A stretch of DNA of 64,000 bases from a virus (IMGVR_UViG_3300032038_000028:32001-96000); one strand, 5' to 3'; shown: positions 18,800 to 30,347, numbered from the stretch's first letter. Made by a program: numbers and translations. Notes: generated by a model not told the origin, from the sequence alone.

Positions 18800-19558
18800 C
18801 CCTTTTCCTCCCGGCAGAAGCCTGCATATCCAGTACGTTCAGCATATGACGCAGTGCTTTTCTGATGGTGTCCAGCTCAGCGTCGCCGTGCATCACGATC
18901 TCAATGGCAGAAGCACCAGCGTGATTTGAGACGTCGATAGACCACTGAGTGCTTCCCATATCTTCGAGGCGCAGATAGGTGCAGCAACCGGAATCGCCAC
19001 CGTGGTATCCGTTTGTGCCGGCCTCGGCCTCCAGGATGTTGCAGTCTGCGATCTCTGTGCCCCATGTCTGTACCTCGCAGCCGTCGACCAGACGGGTACG
19101 ATTTACCAGCTGTTCCTGCGTCGTTGCAATGATTTCATTTTCAGTCATGGTCATGTCCTCCTGCTTTGTAATAGCTGGCGCAGATCTCGCCGAAGTCAGC
19201 GATGGATGCGCCGTAGTATTTATGTTTCGGGATTTCCCAGTTGATACAGCTCTGCTTGCGGTAACACCCGGCGACACAGTCCATGGCGCCGCAGTACGTA
19301 ATGTCGTCCGGCCACGCTGGCGGCTCGGGCAGACGGAAATCAGTCATCGTTGTATCCATAATCTTCCATGTCATCCGGGACGCACCCGGACATTCCTTCT
19401 GCGTAATCCCACAGCTCTCCGCGGATATCTGTCCCGCGGGCGATGTGGTCGGAGATGAGCGCTGTGTACAGCAGGCGCTCAAGTTCTTCGTGCTCACGGA
19501 TCTCTTTCTTCAGCGCTGAGACCGTGGGCGCGGCGCGCTGTGCTGGCAACGGCAGCAC
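18789..19558 (-). CDS. Three small hypothetical proteins (approx. 18789-19154, 19141-19347, 19340-19558)
   Basis: Overlapping start/stop coupling with RBSs between thyX and dnaE. Confidence 0.5.
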
Positions 19559-19573
19559 CCCCTTTCCAAGGTG

Positions 19574-22500
19574 TCAGCTGGCTTCTGCCAGCCTGTAACG
19601 GCACAGGTAGTAATATGTCCGCCCGTTGTAGGTCTTCGGGTACCATGAGTTGGTGTAGACCGGTTTGCCGCTGCCGGTCTCCGGGACGACGCGCAGGATG
19701 TCGCCCTTGGCGAACTGCTCCAGATAGCTGCCGTCCTTGATCGTCCACTCATGGGTGCCACCGTCCTTCAGGCTGACTGCCGTAAAGGAGTAGGCCCACG
19801 GCTTGCCTGTCTTCTTGGACGTCAGGACGCGCACGTCGGACGTGACGTAGAGGAGAGCTTTGCCGTCGTTCCCCAGCGGTTCGACGTAGCCGAGGTACTC
19901 CATCTGGGCGCGGGCCCTTTCGGATGGCTTCGGCGGCGGGAGATGCTGAGAGCGGACATGGGCTTCGCACAGGGACAGGAGCTTCGGCATGTCGGTGATC
20001 GTCCAGCTCTTGAGCGTACCCGCCTTGCCCTGGTCGGTAGCGGCCGACTCAATGATGCCCGACAGGCGGTAGGCTTCCACCTTGTCCTTGGCGACGCGGG
20101 TGAGCGTGCCCTTGTTGAGCTCGGTGAAGTAGGCGTTGATGGCGGTCAGCTCCGACGGATTGCCGAAGGCGGCGAAGAAGTCGAGCTGGATCAGGATGTC
20201 GAGCTGCAGGGAATTGAGGCTGGTCTCCTGGTCGATCACCTTCAGGACATCCATGAAGGAAGCGTCCTGCGGCAGATGCTGAGCGGCTTCGTACAGCTGG
20301 TCAGCCACGTCTGCGTTCAGATGCTTGATGGACAGCAGCCCCTTGTAGATGACGCCGTTTTCGGTATCGAACATGTAGTCGGCCCGGCTGTGGCCCCATC
20401 GTGGCGGGGAAACGGTGACGCCGTGGCTTCTGGCGTAGGCGATGACGGCCGCCGTCTTATCCGCCTTGTCGGCGTAGACGTTGAGCGCCGCCGCTACGAA
20501 GGGGAGCGGGTAGTGATAGCGCAGATAGCCGATGGCATAGCCGATCATTGCATAGGCCAGGGCGTGGTTGCGGCTGAAGCTGTAGGAAGAGGCGTCCAGT
20601 ATGGTCTGAATGAACGGCTTGACGATCTGCTGTGCCTTCTCCTTGGTGACGTCGTCGTAATGGGCCGGAGCGTATTCGACAAAGCGCCGCTCGATCTCCG
20701 GCAGAAGGGATTCCGTGCCCTTCTTCTTGGCGATGGCGCGGCGGACGCTGTCGGCTTCGCTGCCGGAGTAGCCGCAGAAGAGCTCCAGCCATTTCATAAC
20801 TGTTTCCTGATAGGTTGCGAACCCGGCTTCGTCTGCGAGGAAATCATTCAGCGCCTTACAGCCGTTGTCGCGCACCTTCCCTTCCGCTACCTGATCACGG
20901 TAGGATGCGCTGCCGGGCCGGAGAAGGCCAGAGGCGAATGCGAACCAGTCGATCATGCGGAAGCCAGGGTTGCGGGAGCGGGCCAGAGCGATGATGTCGG
21001 GGGACAGAAACTTCTTCAGATAGGCCGTGGCCTGTGCGGATTCAAACTGGAAGATGCAGGTCGTGTCTTCCCGGATGGACTGCCAGACCTTTGCGTCTTC
21101 CATGTCCATGTTGTCCGGCGTCAGCCGTTCGATGCCGGCGTAACGGCAGGCGCGGTTGATCAGGTCGTTGGAATCCAGCCCGAGCTCGTCCATCTTGACC
21201 AGATTCAGGCTGTCCAGCTCCTTCATGTTGAGGCAGGTGATGGGGTAGTTGGAGCCGGAGGAGGTACACAGACCGATCTCTGCGGCGACGTCGTGGTCGG
21301 TGACCAGCACGCCGCAGGGGTGAGACCCGTAGGAAACGACAGTGCCGCTGACAATATCCACGTACTCAAACAGCTCCGGGTATTTTGCCCGCACCTCGTC
21401 CGGTACATTCCCATCTGCGTCCACCGCCTTGGTCAGCTTATCCACTTCATCCAGCGGCAGGTTGTCTGCCCGGGCGATGTCGCGGATGGCGCCCTTGGTG
21501 GCGATGGTGTTGAAGGTGATGATCTCCGCCGTCTGAATCCCGGAGAAACCCATCTTGTCGTCCAGCAGATATTTCTTGGCCAGCTCCCGGTCTGCTTCGG
21601 CGTAGTCCACGTCGATGTCGGCGAGGGATACGCGCTCCGGGTTCATGAAGCGGAAGAAGTTGAGGCCGTACTCCATGGCGTCCACGTCGGTAATACCGGT
21701 GACGTAGGCACACATGGAGCCGGTGACGGATCCTCTGCCGTAGCCGGTGGCGATGCCGTGTTCCTGTTCCCACATGTGCTGGTGATACTTGAGCGCCATG
21801 TAGGGGGAGGCGCCGCACTTTTCAAACACGGCCAGCTCCTCGTCCAGACGGCGGAACAGGGCTTCCCGCCCGTGCCGCTGCATGGCGTAGGGGTGGCGCT
21901 CCGCTGCCTGATACACTTCGTCCCGCCAGAGCTTCACCGGGTCGGCAAAGACGTTGGGGTATTTGATGGAGCGGTCGACGGTGAAGGGCTCAATCATGTC
22001 GGCGAAGTGATTGGTCTCGTCGATGGCGGCCAGGAAGACAGCTTCGGGCAGGGAATTCTGAGCACGGTAAGCGTTGACCAGCTCGTCGTAGCTCATAAAG
22101 CGCAGGTTCCAGTCCGCTTCGTTGTCAAACCGGACGCCCTTGCCCTGCTGGAGCTTGACCCTGCCCCGGGCATGGCGCTCGTTGAGGGCGTGACTGTCTG
22201 TCCCGGCGATCAGCGGGATGCCATAGCGTTTGGAGTAATCCCACAGCTTCTGGTTGTACTGGGCCTGCTCGGCGACCAGATGGTGCTGGATCTCCAGCCA
22301 GCAGCGGCTCCTGTTTGCCCGCATGAAGCGGAGAAACCGCTCCTCGTCTTCCGACTTACCGTTGAGCGGGCCGCCCAGACAGGCGGAGGTGACGAGGATG
22401 TTGTCCGATGTCCCCTCCAGATCGTCCATGAAGATGCGGGGAACGTAGTAGAAGTGAGTGGTCTCCTTGCGCTCGAAGGAACCGGAGACCAGACGGTTCA

Positions 22501-22801
22501 GCTCCAGAAAGCCGTCGTAATTCCGGGCGTACAGGATGACGTGATAGTTGTCGCGCACCTTTTCCTCCGGGTGCATGGTGACATAGGCTTCCACGCCGTG
22601 CAGATACTTCATCCCGGCCTGCTCGACAGATTCTTTTTTGTGCAGCCACTCGTCGATGTTCCCGTGTTCCGAAAAGCCGAAGGCCTTTATGCCCAGCTCC
22701 GCCGCCCGGGCGGTGTACTGGTAGTACCGGGACACCGAGTCGATGTTGGTGGTGCAGTTGGACAGCATGGTATGTACGTGATAGGGGACGTAATTCTTCA
22801 T
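19574..22801 (-). CDS. dnaE: DNA polymerase III alpha subunit (family C)
   Basis: PHP domain (HVHT..S, EHG, DSH), GRGS, RFMNPERVSLADIDVD, HPCG, FQFES, YSFSRNHALAY. Confidence 0.95.
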   Translation of the reverse strand: MKNYVPYHVHTMLSNCTTNIDSVSRYYQYTARAAELGIKAFGFSEHGNIDEWLHKKESVEQAGMKYLHGVEAYVTMHPEEKVRDNYHVILYARNYDGFLELNRLVSGSFERKETTHFYYVPRIFMDDLEGTSDNILVTSACLGGPLNGKSEDEERFLRFMRANRSRCWLEIQHHLVAEQAQYNQKLWDYSKRYGIPLIAGTDSHALNERHARGRVKLQQGKGVRFDNEADWNLRFMSYDELVNAYRAQNSLPEAVFLAAIDETNHFADMIEPFTVDRSIKYPNVFADPVKLWRDEVYQAAERHPYAMQRHGREALFRRLDEELAVFEKCGASPYMALKYHQHMWEQEHGIATGYGRGSVTGSMCAYVTGITDVDAMEYGLNFFRFMNPERVSLADIDVDYAEADRELAKKYLLDDKMGFSGIQTAEIITFNTIATKGAIRDIARADNLPLDEVDKLTKAVDADGNVPDEVRAKYPELFEYVDIVSGTVVSYGSHPCGVLVTDHDVAAEIGLCTSSGSNYPITCLNMKELDSLNLVKMDELGLDSNDLINRACRYAGIERLTPDNMDMEDAKVWQSIREDTTCIFQFESAQATAYLKKFLSPDIIALARSRNPGFRMIDWFAFASGLLRPGSASYRDQVAEGKVRDNGCKALNDFLADEAGFATYQETVMKWLELFCGYSGSEADSVRRAIAKKKGTESLLPEIERRFVEYAPAHYDDVTKEKAQQIVKPFIQTILDASSYSFSRNHALAYAMIGYAIGYLRYHYPLPFVAAALNVYADKADKTAAVIAYARSHGVTVSPPRWGHSRADYMFDTENGVIYKGLLSIKHLNADVADQLYEAAQHLPQDASFMDVLKVIDQETSLNSLQLDILIQLDFFAAFGNPSELTAINAYFTELNKGTLTRVAKDKVEAYRLSGIIESAATDQGKAGTLKSWTITDMPKLLSLCEAHVRSQHLPPPKPSERARAQMEYLGYVEPLGNDGKALLYVTSDVRVLTSKKTGKPWAYSFTAVSLKDGGTHEWTIKDGSYLEQFAKGDILRVVPETGSGKPVYTNSWYPKTYNGRTYYYLCRYRLAEAS

Positions 22802-22944
22802 GACTGCTCCTGTTGGTTGATGATGGGGTGTCTGGCGAACACTTCCTCCAGTGTCCAGCCCTGCTTATACATGTCCCAGACGTCAAAATACTGAAGGCCC
22901 GTCATTTCAGCCACCTGACGGATGGTGAATTCCCAGTCCGGCAT
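22798..22944 (-). CDS. Small hypothetical, possibly HTH (48 aa, not in ORF track)
   Basis: MPDWEFTIRQVAEMTGLQYFDVWDMYKQGWTLEE... fills the gap between primase-helicase and dnaE, overlapping both. Confidence 0.5.
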   Translation of the reverse strand: MPDWEFTIRQVAEMTGLQYFDVWDMYKQGWTLEEVFARHPIINQQEQS

Positions 22945-24893
22945 CAGAAAGGCTCTCCTCCCTGTCCGCTCAACGTCAGGTACTTCTGCATATCGAAGAA
23001 TGGAAGCTCGTCCTCATGCTCCTCCTTATCCCAGTTATAATGTTTCGCCAGCATTTCCGGCGAATCATAGAAACGGCGGGACGGGATGTCGTAGAACAGC
23101 GGGATGATCTTGCCCAGAGCGCTTCCAAACCTGTCCTTGATGACGCGGAGCTGGACGTTGCAGTTGGTAAAGGGTTTTCTTCGCCCGGTCTTGCCGAGCT
23201 CCCGGTCTGAGTCCTGTACGCGGTACAGCGAGAAGATGCGGTGTGCCAGGTTGGCGCTGGACGTTACGCCGGACAGATCGAACAGATCAACCGGCCTGAT
23301 CTCCATCATCTTCTTCGGGTGCAGGACGATCAGGAGAATGATATCCAGCCGCCGCGCCATCTCGACGCAGTCCCGGATGAAGACGTCCTGTTTGTGGTAT
23401 TTGTTTTCCTCATTGGCTTCCAGATCCACGCTGGTCATGTTGTCCAGTACAACTGTGCGGACACCGTAGCGTTTCACACAGGCTTCAATGGATTCCATGA
23501 TGCGGGAAATCTGCGGAGACTCCGTATCCTTGTAGAAGTAGAGCTGGCCTTCATAATACTGATTGATGCGCCTGCTGGCCTCCGGCTTGATACGGTATAC
23601 CGTACGCCCGTCCTTCTGCTCGCTGATCAGGTTGGCCTGCCCGGCATGTACGAAGTCAATCCACGATTTAAGAAGTGGGTTGTTAAGCTCCCCGGAGTAC
23701 ACGAACGTCGGAAAACCCTGATCCACTGACTGGTTGATGATGGTGGACAGGAAGGAGCTTTTGCCGGAGCCGGTGATCCCAGTAATCAGATTGGTGGTTC
23801 CGCAGAACAGTTTGCCGATCGAAGAATCCAGCTCCTCGAATCCTGTTTTGATGCCGTCCACGTCGTCCATGTTGAATTCCCTGACCTTGGTGTAGTCAGC
23901 GGCCGACATAATTTCCCGTTCCTTTGCGCTGTTGATGGCGTCGATGACGGCCTGCTTCCCGCCCCTGGCCAGCAGCTCGTTGAGATCCTTGACGTGATGC
24001 GGAACGCCGTTATCGTCCGTCCAGTGGTCGGGCACATCCACCACCTTGCAGCGGTATTCGCCAAGGCGCCGCGTAGCTTCCTTGACAAACTTCTGCCCGG
24101 CCTCGTCGTTGTCATGGATCAGGATGATCTCGGAAAACTGCTCCAGCCACGCCCAGTTCTGCGTGATGAACTGCAAATTTCCGTCCCCCATCGGGATGGA
24201 TGTCGAGTTGGTGAACCCGCACTCATATGCGGCTGCGCAGTCGCCTTCTCCGCAGCAGATGATCAGGGGTTGGGTGATGTTGATGTGGTTCATATTGAAC
24301 AGCAGGTGCATGGTGTCGCTCTTCATCCACCAGCACTTCATCTTGTCCACGCCCTTGCGGATAGGCCGGCTGGGCCGCACCTTGACGCAGCGGAGCACAT
24401 CTTCCAGATCCCAGTAGCAGAAGCAGGTGTTGCCGCCGGTGTCCTGCATGATACCAAGAGCGTCGATGGTTTCAGGAGAGATACAGCGTTTCCGCCAGTA
24501 GGCGTAGACTTCATCCTTGTTGTCGGCCCATTCCGGCTTGGGGTAGGCGTAGTCCCGGTCGGTCGGGATGCCGCGGTAGGAGAAGTTGTGCGGCATATCA
24601 GCTTCCTGGAACAGCTTTTCGGCCGCCTGCAGGAAGGTATCTCCTGCGCTCATCCATGCGTCGATGACGTCGTAGGTGGCATGGCATCCGAAACAGTAGA
24701 AGTTGTGGGCTCTCGGGTTATAGGAACAGCTTGGGGTGTCGTCGTGATGGGCAGGGTTGGGGCAGCACCCGATCCGGCGCTGAGGGTTATACTTTTCCAG
24801 CTTCATGACATCGGCGATGATCTCGGCATTCCGGTCGCCCAGACGCTCTTTTGCTTCTTCGATTCTTTCCCGGCTGATATTGGAGTCCATCAA
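22944..24893 (-). CDS. Fused primase-helicase (T7 gp4/Twinkle-like)
   Basis: Zn finger CCPNPAH...CFGC, TOPRIM acidic motifs (EGD, DND), Walker A GITGSGKS, VVLDN and KDRFG (SF4 helicase). Confidence 0.9.
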   Translation of the reverse strand: MMDSNISRERIEEAKERLGDRNAEIIADVMKLEKYNPQRRIGCCPNPAHHDDTPSCSYNPRAHNFYCFGCHATYDVIDAWMSAGDTFLQAAEKLFQEADMPHNFSYRGIPTDRDYAYPKPEWADNKDEVYAYWRKRCISPETIDALGIMQDTGGNTCFCYWDLEDVLRCVKVRPSRPIRKGVDKMKCWWMKSDTMHLLFNMNHINITQPLIICCGEGDCAAAYECGFTNSTSIPMGDGNLQFITQNWAWLEQFSEIILIHDNDEAGQKFVKEATRRLGEYRCKVVDVPDHWTDDNGVPHHVKDLNELLARGGKQAVIDAINSAKEREIMSAADYTKVREFNMDDVDGIKTGFEELDSSIGKLFCGTTNLITGITGSGKSSFLSTIINQSVDQGFPTFVYSGELNNPLLKSWIDFVHAGQANLISEQKDGRTVYRIKPEASRRINQYYEGQLYFYKDTESPQISRIMESIEACVKRYGVRTVVLDNMTSVDLEANEENKYHKQDVFIRDCVEMARRLDIILLIVLHPKKMMEIRPVDLFDLSGVTSSANLAHRIFSLYRVQDSDRELGKTGRRKPFTNCNVQLRVIKDRFGSALGKIIPLFYDIPSRRFYDSPEMLAKHYNWDKEEHEDELPFFDMQKYLTLSGQGGEPF

Positions 24894-24902
24894 ATCACCG
24901 CC

Positions 24903-25655
24903 TTATTTGTAGTCGCATACGGATCTGGTGTCGCAGAGGTTATGACAGAAGAACCAGTCCGGCATGGGAAGGAAGACCTTGGAGTTCTCGATCCGCTTGA
25001 TGCTGTCGATGGCCCAGTTGACGGCTTCTAGCTCGCCGGCTGCCGAATACGGTTCCTCGATACGGATGCCGGACTTGAAACAGTTGAAGACCAGCTTGGT
25101 CACCTGCCCGAACTTCAGCTCCCGGCAGGCATGGGCATATAAATAGAGCTGGCGCAGATACCGATCCAGCTCCTGATCCTTGATGGTGGGTTTGCGTTTG
25201 CCGGAGCGCGGCTGCAGGTCATGGCTCTTGTGATCCATGATGACCAGCCCGCCATTTTCACGGTAGAGCAGGTCGGCAATGCCGATGAAGCGGTACTTGC
25301 CGACATGGAATTTCAGCCGCTGCTCGACGCCGACGATGTCGTCCGGCGTGTAGATGTCCTGGGCGAAGTAGTTGAGTCCGCTGGTGAGGTAACGGCTTCT
25401 GCGTTTGGAATCCGTTTCCGGCAGGGTGATGAACTGGCGGATGAAAGTAGGGATGATCTGTTCCTTTTGGATCTCGCCCTTGTACCAGCGCTCGTGAAGC
25501 TCGTGGACGAGGGAGCCGTAGGCGGAGAAGAAATTCTGTTCCCCGCGCTGGGCTTCCCCGTACAGATACTTCTGAGCGAAGCCCCACGGGCATTGCTCGA
25601 AGGACTGGAGTCTGGAGTAGCTCCAGACCCAGTCGTCAAAAAGTATGCTTGCCAT
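24903..25655 (-). CDS. PD-(D/E)XK exonuclease (AddB/Cas4-like)
   Basis: SYSRL..FEQCP, G..D, DHKS, QLYLY and C-terminal cysteines. Confidence 0.85.
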   Translation of the reverse strand: MASILFDDWVWSYSRLQSFEQCPWGFAQKYLYGEAQRGEQNFFSAYGSLVHELHERWYKGEIQKEQIIPTFIRQFITLPETDSKRRSRYLTSGLNYFAQDIYTPDDIVGVEQRLKFHVGKYRFIGIADLLYRENGGLVIMDHKSHDLQPRSGKRKPTIKDQELDRYLRQLYLYAHACRELKFGQVTKLVFNCFKSGIRIEEPYSAAGELEAVNWAIDSIKRIENSKVFLPMPDWFFCHNLCDTRSVCDYK

Positions 25656-25667
25656 GACGGCACCGCC

Positions 25668-26045
25668 TTAGAAGGGCAGCTCGTCGGTGTCTTCTTCCAC
25701 TGCAGGAGCAGCCTTGGGCGCGGCAGCAGAAGACTTTGTTCCGGATCCACCCTTGCTGTCGGCCATCTCGAAGTCCCAGACGCAGAAGGTGTAGCGGTTG
25801 ATTTTCTTTTCCTTGTCATACTGAGAGGTGACGCTGGTCTGCAGGAGCTTGACGCGATCCTTCTCCTTCAGCTTCGCTGCTTTCCTGGCGGCGTCTCCGC
25901 TGAAGAAAGCGTAGTCACCGAAGTCGTTGATGTACTCGCCAGTCTTCTTGTCCTTATAGGACGTGGAAATACGGACCTTCATGGAAGATCCACGGGTAGG
26001 TTTGACTTCCCAGACGGTTGCAAAAGCGTTGTCACGAAATGCCAT
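25668..26045 (-). CDS. ssb: Single-stranded DNA-binding protein
   Basis: OB-fold-sized protein with acidic tail EEDTDELPF, between the nuclease and ERF genes. Confidence 0.75.
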   Translation of the reverse strand: MAFRDNAFATVWEVKPTRGSSMKVRISTSYKDKKTGEYINDFGDYAFFSGDAARKAAKLKEKDRVKLLQTSVTSQYDKEKKINRYTFCVWDFEMADSKGGSGTKSSAAAPKAAPAVEEDTDELPF

Positions 26046-26060
26046 AGTGCTGGTTCCTCC

Positions 26061-26786
26061 TTACTTCTGTTGCTTATCCAGATAAGCGCTGACGGCGGCG
26101 TAGATGTTCTGCGCGTCCTCAAGCGACTTGATCTTCAGGTAGTTGCTGGACGGTTTTCCGTCGATCTTCAGGTTCTTCTTGATCAGGGCGGTGATCTCAG
26201 CCTTGTTTTCCTCGGTCAGGTTGGCGCGGATCAGGGTGTCCAGCTGGCCGACCAGCAGGGTGACGGCTGCGGCTTCCTCTGCATCCGCTGCTTCGCTCTT
26301 CTTGCGTTTCCATTCGTCGGGATCATCTTCCGGCGTGGCGATGCCGAAAAACTTCATCATGAAGTAGCGGTTGGAGTAGGTGAAGGAAGAGCCGACGGCC
26401 TGAGAGTCGTCCGCCTGCGATCCGACGAGCGGCCAGGGGACGACGATCGCATCGTCCGGGTTGTCAGTGTTGACGACCCTGAAGTTCAGCCAGCCGCGCA
26501 CGCAGTATTCCGACTGCGGATCGTCGATGTAGGACTGGGTCGCCTTGTCGAACTTCTTCTTGATGAAGTCCCGGCGCTCGATGCTGAAGGACGACATGTC
26601 CGGGATGGGGTAAATGAAGAGGTTGTACTTGTCCAGACCGGCTTTGACCTTGGCCAGAACCTCGTCTTCTGATACGTAGCGGTAGCCGTAGCCGGACTTG
26701 TTCTTGGCGATGACGTCCGCAATGGAGCGGACCTTCGCCAGCTTCTGCCACAGATTCATGGTGGCGGTGTCGATGCTTTCTGCCAT
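26061..26786 (-). CDS. ERF-family single-strand annealing protein
   Basis: GYGYRYVS, ERF motif QAVGSSFTYSNRYF....FGI....DD.D. Confidence 0.85.
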   Translation of the reverse strand: MAESIDTATMNLWQKLAKVRSIADVIAKNKSGYGYRYVSEDEVLAKVKAGLDKYNLFIYPIPDMSSFSIERRDFIKKKFDKATQSYIDDPQSEYCVRGWLNFRVVNTDNPDDAIVVPWPLVGSQADDSQAVGSSFTYSNRYFMMKFFGIATPEDDPDEWKRKKSEAADAEEAAAVTLLVGQLDTLIRANLTEENKAEITALIKKNLKIDGKPSSNYLKIKSLEDAQNIYAAVSAYLDKQQK

Positions 26787-26872
26787 ACAAACTCCTTTGC
26801 AGTTTCAATAAAAAAGGTCAGCCGGCCGGGATGACTCAGGTCAACTGACGCATAATAAGGGAGTATCCTATA

Positions 26873-28015
26873 TCAGGATGCAAAAGACTCGTCTCCGGCG
26901 ACCAGACGATCGCGGATCTGTTCGAGGCGGTCGATCAGGTTGTTGACCATCAGGTACGCCGTTCCGGCGCGGTCTCCGCACAGAGGGCGCGGATCATTGG
27001 CGACCTCAGAGAAGGCACTCATACAGGCGGAGATCAGAGAGCTGACCAGTTCGATGTCCGCCCCTGCCTGAGCTTCGTCTGCATCCTTCATGTACTGGTC
27101 GCGTTCCTCAGTGAGCCGGGCAATCTCGGCGGAATCCCCGCCCTGTTCGTCGAGCAGTTTTTCCATGGCGTCCATACGCTTCTCGTGATCCGCTTCAGCT
27201 TTTTTCAGCTGACGCTTCGCTTCCTGAAGCGCCTCGTAAGTGTTGCGTTCCTTGGTTTGCAGATCTTGAATCTTCTGACGCAGTTCCAGTTCCCCGTCGC
27301 CATTCTGGTACTCGGCAAGTCTTGCCTGAAGCTCTTCGACCTTCTGTGCCTGCGGGATATACTTCTCCGTCAGTTCCTTTGCCCGTTTCCGGATCTCCTC
27401 CTGTGTATACTTTTGCATGGAGTCCAACTGCATCACAAGCTCCACCTGTTGCTCCGGCGGGAGTTTTGCGATCACATCGTAGGCGACACGCGGTGGAATT
27501 ACACCGCATTCCACCATGTCCTGCACAGGCTCCGGCATCACAGACAACGCTTTCGCACAGTTGGCAACCTTTTTATCGATGCCAAGATGTTCCTGAATAT
27601 CCTTGCGGCTGACGGTGCCCGCACCGGGCTTTCCGCCAGAGGAACGTTTATCCGCGCCGTAGATCCGCTCATACTCTTTCATGATCCGTCCGAGCTTGAC
27701 GGAAGGAAAGTTGATTATCCCGCGCTGGCGGAGATTGGATTCCATCAGGGCCAGCAGGATATCGTCTTCCGGGCATTCGCCTTTCGGCTGGTAAACGTAG
27801 CAGCGGACGGTGGGAATGTTCAGTGCCAGACAGGCGCGCCAGCGCTGATGACCGGAGATGATAGTGCCATCTTCGGTAATCATCAGTGGATGCAGGATGC
27901 CTTCCCGCTGGACGGAGGTCAGGAACTCTTCCCACTTCTCTCCCTCGATATCGTCGAACAGGTACTCATTCATCGGATGCGGCTTCAGGTCAGCGACTTT
28001 CTTTTCAATCAGCAT
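26873..28015 (-). CDS. ParB/Srx N-terminal domain protein with coiled coil
   Basis: LKPHPMN, GILHPL, IISGHQRWRA, ESNLRQR. Confidence 0.8.
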   Translation of the reverse strand: MLIEKKVADLKPHPMNEYLFDDIEGEKWEEFLTSVQREGILHPLMITEDGTIISGHQRWRACLALNIPTVRCYVYQPKGECPEDDILLALMESNLRQRGIINFPSVKLGRIMKEYERIYGADKRSSGGKPGAGTVSRKDIQEHLGIDKKVANCAKALSVMPEPVQDMVECGVIPPRVAYDVIAKLPPEQQVELVMQLDSMQKYTQEEIRKRAKELTEKYIPQAQKVEELQARLAEYQNGDGELELRQKIQDLQTKERNTYEALQEAKRQLKKAEADHEKRMDAMEKLLDEQGGDSAEIARLTEERDQYMKDADEAQAGADIELVSSLISACMSAFSEVANDPRPLCGDRAGTAYLMVNNLIDRLEQIRDRLVAGDESFAS

Positions 28016-30347
28016 TTGCTTTGTTCTCCTTCACAGTTTCTGGGAACCGGTTCCGCGGACAGTATAACGCCGTTCCGGCAAATCCGTGCTGCAAGATTTT
28101 GACGATTTTCAAAAAATTTTTTGTCGACTATTTATGCTGATGGATCAGGCTGATTTGCCGATCCTCAGAATACAGATGCACGATTTGTACAGTTTGGTAT
28201 TTTCTGTACATGCAAATTCATAATTCGTTCATATCTAACAAAGTGACTGTGATTCCAGCAAGAATGACACCGAAGAAGGTGCCGGCTCCGAAAGCGAAGA
28301 ATGCGATCATCCACGGATTCATGGTCATCACTCCCCAGTCACTGGTTACAGATACGGATTCATCTGCGTATAGGTTTTGGCACCGGGCAACTCTTTCTTC
28401 TTCCGGCGGCGGATGACATCACGGAGCCAGAAGAGGGCGGCGGCGAATCCAAGGGCGAAGGCGGCGATTCCGATCAGGACAATCCAGTACCAGCTCATAG
28501 GCTTTTCTCCTTTCAGGCGCCGAACATGATGTCGCCATTCGGCAGGTGGACGGTGACACACTGCGAAGTTTTACCCGCGCACTTCGGCTTTTCGGGGACC
28601 GGGACTCCCTTTCCGCGGTAGTAGGTATTCCGGTCATCCATGTAGGCGACGTGCGTGACGCCGATGACGGGCTCCAGTCGGGAGACGTTGGCCAGCTGCA
28701 GGACGAAGTCGAGCACTTCCTGTGTGGGGATGATGGCGATGATGGAATCCACCACGCCGGGCATCTCCCCGTTCTTCGTCTTGCACATGACGTGGTCGCC
28801 TTTTTTGACACCGTCTACAGGAACGCGGAACAGGTAACGGGTTCCGTTCTGGAGAACCTGTGCCAGTCCGATGGGGAACTTGAGGTCGGTATACTGCGTT
28901 GCGGTTTCAGTGTTCTGCTTCATAGCGTTTCTCCTTTCATTCCTCTGCGGTCAGCAGGTAGGACACGTCGCCCTGTACCCACACGTAACCGTTCTGCTCG
29001 ACGGTGGCGGCCATGACGATGGCTGTCATGTTCTCTGTCACGGTAAAGGTTGCGACGTTGTCGCGGTTGATCCAGATGGGTCGGCCTTCCAGGTCGACGC
29101 ACTGCACAAAAGGGTTTTTCATATGGTTCCTTTCTCCGGCTCAGCGGATTCCGACAGGATGACTGATGTCATATATATGCACACGGGCCGGCTGACTGCG
29201 AATCAACAGGCCCGTGAAACAGAGGAGGGCGGTGAACACGATCACCGCAAAGGCTGATATCAGCGTACGTTTCATGCGTATGGATCCTTTCCGTATTTCT
29301 CAATGTATTCCGGCTCAAACGGATCGGCCTGACTGGTACAGCAGGAGCAGCCGATGACGTCTCCGCCGCTGTCCAGTACGAAATACTCCGGGTCTTCTTC
29401 ATTACAATAGGGGCAGTATACGTGATCCCCTTCCGGCGGGCCGAACAGCTCGGCTTCCCGGATCCACGGGGCGTCCGGCAGTTGCTTCATACTTCATCAC
29501 TTCCCGATAATTCTTCCGCGTTCTTCCCCGCGGCACATGTACAGGCGTTTTGAATTCTTCTCGGTGATCTTCCGCATCTGCCCGACGACTTCTCCAAAGC
29601 GCTTGACTGCGTCCGGGTTGGCATTGGCCCATGCAACCAGTGGCTGCAGCAGCTCGTACTGATCCTTGGCGACCCGGCGCTTCCGCCGTACCTTGCCGAG
29701 GCGCTGGGCCAGCTTGGCCCGTTCCGCGTAGGGCGGGGTCAGCAGCTCCAGCTCGTGCAGGATATCCTGCTGGGTGCCTTCGTGTTCCAGAATCTCGTCT
29801 GAAAGAGACGCCGCTTCCCTGTCCGCTGTACGGATCAGATCCCACGCGGCTTCAACGTCTTTGATGGTGATCAATCTGAGTCTCTCCTTTCTGAAAGGCA
29901 TAAAAAAAGAGTGCCCGATGTCGGGCAGTTGGGGGTCTGTGATTTATTTAATTCACTCTTCGCAAATTGCTTCCAATCCATAGTCAACCTCTATGCTATT
30001 TATTTTTTGTTTATTATTTACCGCGAAGTGTGACACACCACCACACCGTTTGCAAAAATACGTTACACAACTGAGCGCACCAGATATAGTCGCTCCTCTT
30101 TCCATTTGACCGTTACACCAGAAACATTGAATCTCTAATGGTATAAATGTGTTTCTGCTGTTCATATTCAAAACTCCTATTTATTTAACCATGTTGTTTC
30201 CTGTTGTACTCTTCAATTGTGAAATCCAGCTCACGGTTGAAGTCTTGCAGCAGGCATTCATCGCATGAATGACAACAATCAATGCAATAATAATCGATCA
30301 ACTTGCTGACGTCTGATGTGGTCATTTTCTGTGGATCAACAGGCATC

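Noticed and set aside
15668-22801. Introns or inteins in nrdD, thyX or dnaE
   Set aside because: The ORFs are continuous and of ordinary length, with no intein or splice motifs seen.
19751-22894. 1047-aa plus-strand ORF, and similar long antisense ORFs (4544-6739, 9669-10541, 25221-26672, 47278-48243)
   Set aside because: These are shadows of well-supported genes on the opposite strand in GC-rich DNA, with no RBS or recognisable motifs.
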